Shown here one piece after another: positions 37,257 through 44,643 of a DNA stretch of 57,393 nt (positions within the stretch are counted from its first letter, which is position 1; each line of letters begins with the position of its first letter). A model generated the notes under the pieces. That model was not told where the DNA came from. It did not search any database and worked only from the letters and a program-made list of their open reading frames with translations. Source of the DNA: Parasporobacterium sp. (lineage in GTDB: Bacteria > Bacillota > Clostridia > Lachnospirales > Lachnospiraceae); the NCBI GenBank assembly GCA_017431485.1, contig JAFRKZ010000087.1:1-57393 (forward strand), read 5' to 3'. The position numbers and the translations under genes are program-made.

Positions 37257-38446
37257 GTACGAGTGAGAACGCACAGCTGAATGAAATATACAGACAGAGG
37301 AAACTGTTCCGGAATGACAGAAGACGCACAATGAGATTTATCTCCGCGTTTGCTGTGATGCTGGTTTTGTTAGGCGCTGTGATCGCGGTGACAGGCCTCC
37401 TTTATATTGTTAAGAATTCTCCTGATCATGACCTGATCGTCCTGCGGGACAGAAAACCGCCGGTGGTTTCTGTTCATGACGCGGTTTCCGCAAACGGAAA
37501 GGTCTACAGTATAGAGGAGTTTGCAGACAGTATCAGCGATATTTCAGATGTCCGGATGAGCTATATCAAGGAACCGGATTTTGAAGCGGACGGCATCCAG
37601 GATATCGTCATACGTTTTACAGATGAAGCAGGCAATTATACAGATAAGAACCTGAAACTGGAGGTATATCATGATACCTCGGCACCGGTCATCTATGTGG
37701 ACGATGATATTTATGTTTTCTGGAACGATGCGATCTCTTATAAAAGCTTTGCCGAAGTGGAAGACGATTATGACGAAGATCTGGATCTTGAGATCGATAA
37801 CAGCGAAGTGGATGTGACGAAGATCGGGACCTATCCGGTAATTTACAGTGCGACGGACAGTGTGGGAAACACCACAAGCAAGACCGTCAATATTCATGTC
37901 ATGGAACCGGATTCAGATGAATATTACCTGATGAAGGCCAATGAACTGTGCGATATCATCATCTCTCAGATCACTTATGACGGTATGGACGATCTTCACA
38001 AAGTATGGGCAGTCTACAATTATGTCCGGGAGATCCCTTATGTTCTGACGGATTATACCAGAAATTATATCCGGGAAGGCTATAAGATGCTGAGTGAATA
38101 CCGCGGTGACTGTTACGGAAGCTATGCTTCTGTCAAACTTCTGCTGGACCGTCTGGGGATCATGAATATACCGATCCAGACCGATGAAGCCTATACCAGA
38201 CATTTCTGGAATATGGTCTCATTGGACGGCGGCAATACCTGGTATCATGTAGATGCCACCAACTGGACGGAATGGAGTCAGCGACCGAATATGTGCATGA
38301 TCAGCGATGGCCGGCTGGATGAGATCTCGGCACAGCACGGAGGGACTCATTACCATATCAAGTCTGATTATCCTGCGACCCCGTATAACAGCATGCCGGT
38401 ACCGGAGGATATTTCCGCACAGTACGGTGTGTATGACTGGAGCTGA
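37253..38446 (+). CDS. paralogous membrane-anchored Ig-like + transglutaminase-like protein
   Basis: Same layout as the upstream gene: DVTKIGTYPVIYSATDSVGNTTSKTVNIHV, then RGDCYGSY, HFWNMV and WYHVDAT. The start is uncertain: TTG 37253 overlapping the upstream stop, or ATG 37331. Confidence 0.7.
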   Translation: MSTSENAQLNEIYRQRKLFRNDRRRTMRFISAFAVMLVLLGAVIAVTGLLYIVKNSPDHDLIVLRDRKPPVVSVHDAVSANGKVYSIEEFADSISDISDVRMSYIKEPDFEADGIQDIVIRFTDEAGNYTDKNLKLEVYHDTSAPVIYVDDDIYVFWNDAISYKSFAEVEDDYDEDLDLEIDNSEVDVTKIGTYPVIYSATDSVGNTTSKTVNIHVMEPDSDEYYLMKANELCDIIISQITYDGMDDLHKVWAVYNYVREIPYVLTDYTRNYIREGYKMLSEYRGDCYGSYASVKLLLDRLGIMNIPIQTDEAYTRHFWNMVSLDGGNTWYHVDATNWTEWSQRPNMCMISDGRLDEISAQHGGTHYHIKSDYPATPYNSMPVPEDISAQYGVYDWS

Positions 38447-38484
38447 TCATGTGTTGACGCCTTTAGAAGGCTGGAGGAGCAGGA

Positions 38485-39216
38485 ATGGTAAATGGTAAGA
38501 AAGTACTTGGCGTGATCGGGGGCATGGGTCCCATTGCGACGTCTTTTTTTATGGAACTGGTGATCAAGATGACAGATGCTTCCACGGATCAGGATCATCT
38601 GGACATGATCATTTATAATATCCCGTCCATACCTGACCGAACATCTTACATTCTGGACCATACCAAGAAAAGTCCGCTGCCGGTCATTCTTAATATCGCG
38701 GCAAAGCTGGAAGAGCAGGGAGTAGAATTTCTTGCCATGCCCTGCTGCACAGCCCACTATTTCCAGGAGGAACTGGAACAGTCCCTCCACAAACCCTTTG
38801 TGAATATCATACGGGCAACGGTTCACTATCTGAAGGAACGGGGGATCACAAAGGTCGGCGTCATGGCAACAGACGGCACCATGAATACCGGACTGTTCCG
38901 CAAGGAACTGGAAGAAAACGGCATGCAGATCGTCTGTCCCTCTAAGGAGCGGCAGAAAGACGTTATGCATGTGATCTATCAGAATGTGAAGGCAAACCGT
39001 CCGGTGGAGATGGACCGGTTCCGGGCTGTCGGCGACGAACTGAAAGCCAACGGAGCGGAGGCGATCATCCTGGGATGTACGGAGCTGTCCCTGGTGAAGC
39101 GAGACTATGATATCGGACCGGGATATATCGACGCTATGGAGGTTCTTGCCCAGCAGTCCCTGATCTCATGCGGATCTGTATTGAAAGAAGAATATAAAGA
39201 GCTGATCACAGCTTGA
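38485..39216 (+). CDS. Asp/Glu-racemase-family amino-acid racemase (aspartate-racemase-like)
   Basis: GVIGGMGPIATSFF N-terminus and both catalytic Cys motifs, MPCCTAH and LGCTE. GGAGGAGCAGGA RBS. Confidence 0.85.
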   Translation: MVNGKKVLGVIGGMGPIATSFFMELVIKMTDASTDQDHLDMIIYNIPSIPDRTSYILDHTKKSPLPVILNIAAKLEEQGVEFLAMPCCTAHYFQEELEQSLHKPFVNIIRATVHYLKERGITKVGVMATDGTMNTGLFRKELEENGMQIVCPSKERQKDVMHVIYQNVKANRPVEMDRFRAVGDELKANGAEAIILGCTELSLVKRDYDIGPGYIDAMEVLAQQSLISCGSVLKEEYKELITA

Positions 39217-39233
39217 TCGATGGAGTGATTATC

Positions 39234-40751
39234 ATGCAGTATACAAATATTTTGCAGTATCTGGAAGAAACCGTTCTGAAGGTGCCGGACAAACCGGCAT
39301 TCTGCGCACAGGACAGCACACTGACGTTCCGTCAGACTTATGAGGCGTCCCGGGCAGTCGGTTCTTTTCTGTATCAGAAGGGCTACTATAAAAAACCGGT
39401 CGTTGTCTTTATGAAAAAGACACCGGAAGCGATCGCTGCCTATCTGGGCGTGATCTATGCCGGCTGTTTTTATGTGGCGTTGGATGAAGAGATGCCGAAG
39501 CACAGGATCGAACTGATCATCCAGACCGTGAAGGCAGGTATGGTCATCTGTGATGAGACCACAGGGGAGATGATCCGGGAATACGGCTTTGACGGGGAAG
39601 TCTGTCAGTACAGCCAGATCGTTCAGACAGGGATCGATGAAGAAGCGCTTGAAAAAGTGCGTGATGCCCAGACCGATATAGATCCTATTTACGCGGTCTT
39701 TACTTCAGGTTCCACAGGAGTGCCCAAAGGAGTGCTGGCCTGCCACCGGTCTGTGATCGATTATATTGAAAACCTGTCGGAAGTGCTTCAGTTTGATTCC
39801 GATACGGTATACGGAAACCAGGCGCCGTTCTATTTTGACGCCGCATTGAAGGAGATCGTGCCCACCATGAAATTCGGCGCCACGACTCATATTATCCCGA
39901 AATCCCTGTTCATGTTCCCGATCAAGCTGGTGGAATTCCTGAATGAACATAAGATCAACACCATCTGCTGGGCGGCATCAGCCCTGACGATCGTTTCCTC
40001 TTTCCGGACGTTTGAGAAGATCCGGCCGGAATATATCAAACGTGTTGTATTCGTGGGAGAAGTCTTTCCGATCAAACAGCTGAACATGTGGAAAGAAGTC
40101 CTGCCGGATGCTCTGTATGTCAATCTTTACGGACCGACAGAGACGACAGGGGTATGCTGTTATTATAAAGTGGACCGGGAATTTGCGCTGGACGAGACCC
40201 TTCCGGTAGGAAGACCCTTCCACAATACCTCCATTCTTCTTCTGAATGATGATCTTACACAGACTCCTTTCGGTGAGGTGGGTGAGATCTGCGTAAAGGG
40301 AACCTGCCTGACGCTCGGCTATTACAACAATCCGGAGAAGACCAGGGAAGCGTTTATCCAGAACCCTCTTAACGACATGTATCCGGAGACCATCTACAGG
40401 ACAGGAGATCTGGGAAGGTACAATGAGCGGGGAGAACTGTGTTATGTTTCCCGCAAGGACTATCAGATCAAACACATGGGACACCGTATTGAACTGGGCG
40501 AGATCGAAGTCGTTGTGAATATGCATAAAGGGATCCGGACAAATTGCTGCATATTTGATGACATTAAGAAGAAAATCGTGTTATACTATGTCGGCGATGC
40601 AACGAGGGCGGAAGTGGCGGAATTCACCAAGGAAAAACTTCCCAGATATATGTTCCCGAATGTGATTGTCCAATTGGAGAATATGCCCTATACTGCTAAC
40701 GGAAAGATCGACAGAGTCTCATTGAAAAATAAATATAACGAGGAAAAATAA
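39234..40751 (+). CDS. DltA-like stand-alone amino-acid adenylation enzyme (carrier-protein ligase)
   Basis: A-domain core motifs TSGSTGVPKG, NQAPFYFDAALKE, YGPTETTG, YRTGDLG, QIKHMGHRIELGEIE and NGKIDR. Start set at ATG 39234 (GGAGTG RBS). Confidence 0.85.
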   Translation: MQYTNILQYLEETVLKVPDKPAFCAQDSTLTFRQTYEASRAVGSFLYQKGYYKKPVVVFMKKTPEAIAAYLGVIYAGCFYVALDEEMPKHRIELIIQTVKAGMVICDETTGEMIREYGFDGEVCQYSQIVQTGIDEEALEKVRDAQTDIDPIYAVFTSGSTGVPKGVLACHRSVIDYIENLSEVLQFDSDTVYGNQAPFYFDAALKEIVPTMKFGATTHIIPKSLFMFPIKLVEFLNEHKINTICWAASALTIVSSFRTFEKIRPEYIKRVVFVGEVFPIKQLNMWKEVLPDALYVNLYGPTETTGVCCYYKVDREFALDETLPVGRPFHNTSILLLNDDLTQTPFGEVGEICVKGTCLTLGYYNNPEKTREAFIQNPLNDMYPETIYRTGDLGRYNERGELCYVSRKDYQIKHMGHRIELGEIEVVVNMHKGIRTNCCIFDDIKKKIVLYYVGDATRAEVAEFTKEKLPRYMFPNVIVQLENMPYTANGKIDRVSLKNKYNEEK

Positions 40752-40979
40752 ATGGAACAGTTATTAGAAATTCTTGAAGGATTACATCCGGAAGTGGACT
40801 TCGAACTTGCAGACGACCTGATCGACGGCAAGATCTTTGATTCTTTTGATATCGTTACCCTGGTGGCAGAGATCAACGCAGAATTCGATGTGGCGATCCC
40901 GGCAGAGGAACTGATCCCTGAAAACTTTAATTCTGCTGAAGCGATCTGGGAGCTGATCCAGAGACTGGACGAAGAATAA
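40752..40979 (+). CDS. DltC-like aminoacyl carrier protein
   Basis: 75 aa with the phosphopantetheine Ser in a DltC-like context, KIFDSFDIVTLV. Its ATG follows the upstream TAA directly. Confidence 0.8.
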   Translation: MEQLLEILEGLHPEVDFELADDLIDGKIFDSFDIVTLVAEINAEFDVAIPAEELIPENFNSAEAIWELIQRLDEE

Positions 40980-40982
40980 AGA

Positions 40983-42551
40983 ATGTCCTTTACATCAATT
41001 GATTTTCTTGCATTTTTCGGTATACTGATCATCCTGTACTATGCACTGCCTAAAAAGATACAGTGGATAGTACTTCTTGTTGCCAGTTATACTTTTTATA
41101 CACTTGCAGGCCTGAAATATATAGGCTTTATTCTGTTCACCACCATCACAACCTATCTCGTGACACGGCATATGGACGAGAATCTTCAGAGACAGGATCT
41201 GTATCTGAAGAAACATAAGGCTGAGATGTCCAAGGAAGAGAAAAAGGCATATAAAAAAGAGGTGAAATCCAGGAACCGGCTGTGGTTTGTGATCACGATC
41301 GTGGTGAATTTCGGGATCCTCTTTTTCTGCAAAGCATGTCTGGTGGATCCGCTGCACAGCATGAGCGGATCACCGGTCTTTTCCTTTCTTTCGGTAGGGC
41401 TGCCTTTTGGTATTTCCTTTTATATGTTCCAGTCCATGGGATATGTGATCGATGTATACCGGGGCAAGGCACAGGCGGAACGCAATTTCTTCCGGCTGGC
41501 GCTGTTCGTGTCCTTCTTCCCGCAGCTTGTACAGGGGCCCATCAGTAAATGGGAGCAGCTCAAAGATTCCCTGTTTTCGCCGCATGCATTTGACCGCAGA
41601 CAGGTAGCGTTCGGACTCCAGAGAGTCCTGTGGGGCTTTTTCAAAAAGCTGGTGATCGCAGACCGGATCGCGGTTGCGATCGGAACGCTGAAAGGAACAG
41701 AGTATACCGGCGTTTCCTTCTTCGTGCTGACGGTGTTTTATGCCGTGCAGATCTACGGCGATTTTACCGGTGGTATCGATATTGCGATCGGCGTAGGTGA
41801 GACGCTGGGTGTTAAGATGCCTGAAAACTTCATCCGGCCGTTCTTCTCCAAGAATATCGCGGAATACTGGCGCAGATGGCATATCTCCCTGAATGAATGG
41901 ATGAAGAGCTATATCTTCTATCCGATCACGGTCTCCGGTCCCATGCTGAAGCTGGCGCTGAAGACAAGGGCAAAACTGGGCCGGTTCGGTATGCGGATCC
42001 CGGTTTATATCGGCTCTTTGCTGACCTGGCTGGGAACAGGCGTTTGGCATGGATTCAATTTCCATTTTATCCTGTGGGGACTGATCAACTGTGTGGTGAT
42101 CGTGATCTCAGAAGAACTGAATCCTGCCTATGAAAGGTTTCATGATCGCTTTTCCTGGTCAAACAAAAGGGGCTATAACGTTTTCCAGATCATCCGGATG
42201 TTTGTCCTGATGAACCTGATCAGGGCAACCGACCTGTTCAATGATGTCGGCGATTATTTCCGGCGGATCGGATCCCTTGCATGGCAGTTCAATTTCCATG
42301 TACTGTGGGACGGAACGCTGATGAACCTCGGCCTTACCGCGGCGGATTATATCATCCTGATCTGCGGCATTATCATAATGTTCCTGGTGAGCTTTTTCAG
42401 CAGGGATAACGTGAGTTTTCGGGTGAAGTTCCAGAAGGTTCCGAGAGTACTTCGCTATGTACTGCTTTTCCTTTTGCTGCTGTCCGTGATCCTGTTCGGA
42501 AGTTACGGCATCGGCTATGATGCAAGCAGTTTTATTTACAACCAGTTCTGA
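40983..42551 (+). CDS. MBOAT-family O-acyltransferase (DltB/AlgI-like)
   Basis: 522 aa, polytopic. Conserved YWRRWHISLNEWMKSYIFYP block with the MBOAT His. Confidence 0.9.
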   Translation: MSFTSIDFLAFFGILIILYYALPKKIQWIVLLVASYTFYTLAGLKYIGFILFTTITTYLVTRHMDENLQRQDLYLKKHKAEMSKEEKKAYKKEVKSRNRLWFVITIVVNFGILFFCKACLVDPLHSMSGSPVFSFLSVGLPFGISFYMFQSMGYVIDVYRGKAQAERNFFRLALFVSFFPQLVQGPISKWEQLKDSLFSPHAFDRRQVAFGLQRVLWGFFKKLVIADRIAVAIGTLKGTEYTGVSFFVLTVFYAVQIYGDFTGGIDIAIGVGETLGVKMPENFIRPFFSKNIAEYWRRWHISLNEWMKSYIFYPITVSGPMLKLALKTRAKLGRFGMRIPVYIGSLLTWLGTGVWHGFNFHFILWGLINCVVIVISEELNPAYERFHDRFSWSNKRGYNVFQIIRMFVLMNLIRATDLFNDVGDYFRRIGSLAWQFNFHVLWDGTLMNLGLTAADYIILICGIIIMFLVSFFSRDNVSFRVKFQKVPRVLRYVLLFLLLLSVILFGSYGIGYDASSFIYNQF

Positions 42552-42559
42552 TACATTTT

Positions 42560-43636
42560 ATGAAAAAGAAACTGATCCTCATTATTGTCATAACGGTATT
42601 GGCGGCAGCCGGACTTCTGTTCCTGGTGCAGGGACTTTTAATGCCCAAATTTATGTCAGAGATCCCGGAAGGTGCCATGATCCAGGAGTATTATGAAAAT
42701 GCGGGCGGCAACGATGTGATCTTTATCAGTGACTGCGAAGTGTACGAGAATTTCTCTCCCGTCACGTTGTGGGAAGAGTACGGGATCACATCCTATATCA
42801 GAGGATCTGCCCAGCAGCTGATCTGGCAGTCTTATTACCTGATGGAAGAAACCTTCAAGTATGAAACGCCGGATATCATGGTCTTCAATGTCCTGGAAAT
42901 GAAATACAACACGCCTTCCGATACCGGTGCCTCCAGCCAGCGGGAAGCATATAACCGCATGACCCTGGATGGTATGCGCTGGTCATCCAGCAAATGGAAT
43001 TCCATCTATGCCTCCATGACAAAAGAGGAGAGATCCAAAGACGGCGTATGGAGTTATATTTTCCCGATCCTGCGCTACCATGACCGCTGGTCGGAATTGT
43101 CAGGGGAAGATTTCCGATATCTGTTTACCAGAGATCAGGTGACGGACAACGGATACCTGATGCAGGTCAAGGTCAATCCCGTCGGAGATGAGTATCCGGT
43201 GATCCCGCTTGTGGATTATTCCTTTGGGGATAATGCCTACTATTATCTTGATAAGATGGTCGAACTCTGTGAGGAGCATGGAACACAGCTGGTCCTTGTC
43301 AAGGCTCCGACTCTTTCTCCGATCTGGTATGATCAGTGGGAAGAGCAGATGGAACAGTATGCTCAGGAACACGGGCTGTTGTATTTTAATTTCCTGGAAA
43401 AACAGGATGAGATCGGGATCGACTGGAATACGGATACCTATGACCAGGGTCTGCATCTGAATGTTTACGGCGCCGAAAAGCTCTCCCGTTACTTTGGAAA
43501 GATCCTTTCGGAAGAACTGGGGGTTAAGGATCACAGAGGGGAAGAAGAGACCGCCCGGAAGTGGGAACAAAAATGTGAAACTTATATGAACCGCAAAGAA
43601 AGACTTGAAAAAGAACTGACAAACATAGTAGAATGA
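42560..43636 (+). CDS. membrane-anchored SGNH-like protein (DltD-position partner)
   Basis: N-terminal TM. Block I-like VIFISDCEVYE and block V-like DTYDQGLHLNVYGAEKL. The family assignment is tentative. Confidence 0.6.
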   Translation: MKKKLILIIVITVLAAAGLLFLVQGLLMPKFMSEIPEGAMIQEYYENAGGNDVIFISDCEVYENFSPVTLWEEYGITSYIRGSAQQLIWQSYYLMEETFKYETPDIMVFNVLEMKYNTPSDTGASSQREAYNRMTLDGMRWSSSKWNSIYASMTKEERSKDGVWSYIFPILRYHDRWSELSGEDFRYLFTRDQVTDNGYLMQVKVNPVGDEYPVIPLVDYSFGDNAYYYLDKMVELCEEHGTQLVLVKAPTLSPIWYDQWEEQMEQYAQEHGLLYFNFLEKQDEIGIDWNTDTYDQGLHLNVYGAEKLSRYFGKILSEELGVKDHRGEEETARKWEQKCETYMNRKERLEKELTNIVE

Positions 43637-43691
43637 CCATTGCGGTCTGCGGACCATATAACAGTAATAGATCCTGAAGGAGAGAATTAAT

Positions 43692-44267
43692 ATGAAAAAA
43701 ATGATTTGTTTACTGATCGCAGCGGTCCTGGCAGCAGGAATGCTGACTGCCTGCGATTCAGGAGATAGCAGCGCTAAAAAAGATGACCAGGCGACTACTG
43801 TCGCTGCTGCAGCTGCAGACACGACACCGGCGGCTGATGAGACTGCACAGGCCCAGGATGCACAGACGGATCGATTTACCTTTACGTATAAAGGTACTCC
43901 GATCACCATGAAGGCTGAAGCAGCTCCGATCTGCGAAGCTCTGGGTGACGCAAAGAGCTATACAGAGGAAACAAGCTGCGCATTTGACGGCCTGGATAAG
44001 AATTACACCTTTACCAGCTTTATCATGACGACCTATCCGGATGGCGACAAGGACAGAGTCAATTCCCTGACGCTCCTGGATGATACCGTTTCTACTGCGG
44101 ACAAGATCAGTATCGGAGACTCCAAGGAAAAAGTGGAAGAAGTCTACGGAGCCGACAGTTTTAACGGTGTCAACGCCTATATCCTGACGGAAGGAGATGC
44201 ACAGCTTACCGTGATCATCGACGGCGACAAAGTATCTTCCATCCAGTATACGGCAGTGTTTGAGTAA
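43692..44267 (+). CDS. lipoprotein, function unknown
   Basis: Signal peptide with lipobox LTAC, then an Ala/Thr/Asp-rich linker and a ~130-aa domain. GGAGAG RBS. Confidence 0.7.
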   Translation: MKKMICLLIAAVLAAGMLTACDSGDSSAKKDDQATTVAAAAADTTPAADETAQAQDAQTDRFTFTYKGTPITMKAEAAPICEALGDAKSYTEETSCAFDGLDKNYTFTSFIMTTYPDGDKDRVNSLTLLDDTVSTADKISIGDSKEKVEEVYGADSFNGVNAYILTEGDAQLTVIIDGDKVSSIQYTAVFE

Positions 44268-44293
44268 ACACATTTTTCAATTACGACAAGAAG

Positions 44294-44323
44294 GCCAGCA
44301 TGCAGATGTCATGCTGGCTTTTT
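44294..44323 (+). terminator. rho-independent terminator of the envelope operon
   Basis: GCCAGCATG-loop-CATGCTGGC followed by TTTTT. Confidence 0.85.
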
Positions 44324-44603
44324 CCTTGTTTTCGCAGTGTGCTCAATTTGAGGAGGGTAGACCCTCCTTGTTTTCACGGTGAGTCTAATATGAGGAGGGT
44401 TTACCCTTCTTGTTTTCGCGGTGCGCTCAATTTGAGGAGGGTAGACCCTTCTTGTTTTTGCGGTGTGTTTAATTTGAGAAGGGTGGCCCCTTCTTGTTTT
44501 TACGATGTCCCCGATTTGAGAAGGGTGTCCCCGACTTGTTTTTGCGATGTCCCCATTTTGAGGAGGGTAGACCCTTCTTGTTTTCAAGATGAGATTAATT
44601 TAA
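44318..44603. repeat. tandem array B: 7 units of a 42-nt hairpin repeat, core TTTGAGGAGGGT..ACCCTTCTTGTTTT
   Basis: Unit starts at 44347, 44389, 44431, 44473, 44515, 44557 and 44599, all exactly 42 nt apart. Each unit is an AGGAGGGT/ACCCTCCT-type hairpin plus a T run. Confidence 0.9.
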
Positions 44604-44604
44604 G

Positions 44605-44637
44605 AAGGGTATAGGCTCGGAAAGAGCCTATACCCTT
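44605..44637 (-). terminator. 14-bp hairpin terminator of the ABC-F/PHP/hydrolase operon (also the last repeat unit)
   Basis: AAGGGTATAGGCTC-ggaaa-GAGCCTATACCCTT, 7 nt downstream of the hydrolase stop. Confidence 0.7.
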
Positions 44638-44643
44638 ATGGTT

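Noticed and set aside
44300-44614. Repeat-protein reading of array B (104-aa plus ORF with NLRRVDPSCF 14-mers; mirror 92-aa minus ORF) and of array A (18708..18926)
   Set aside because: No RBS is present, and the start lies inside the upstream terminator. Both strands are open simply because the unit lacks stops. Sequence changes are compensatory for a stem rather than synonymous, and the array A frame breaks half-way through.
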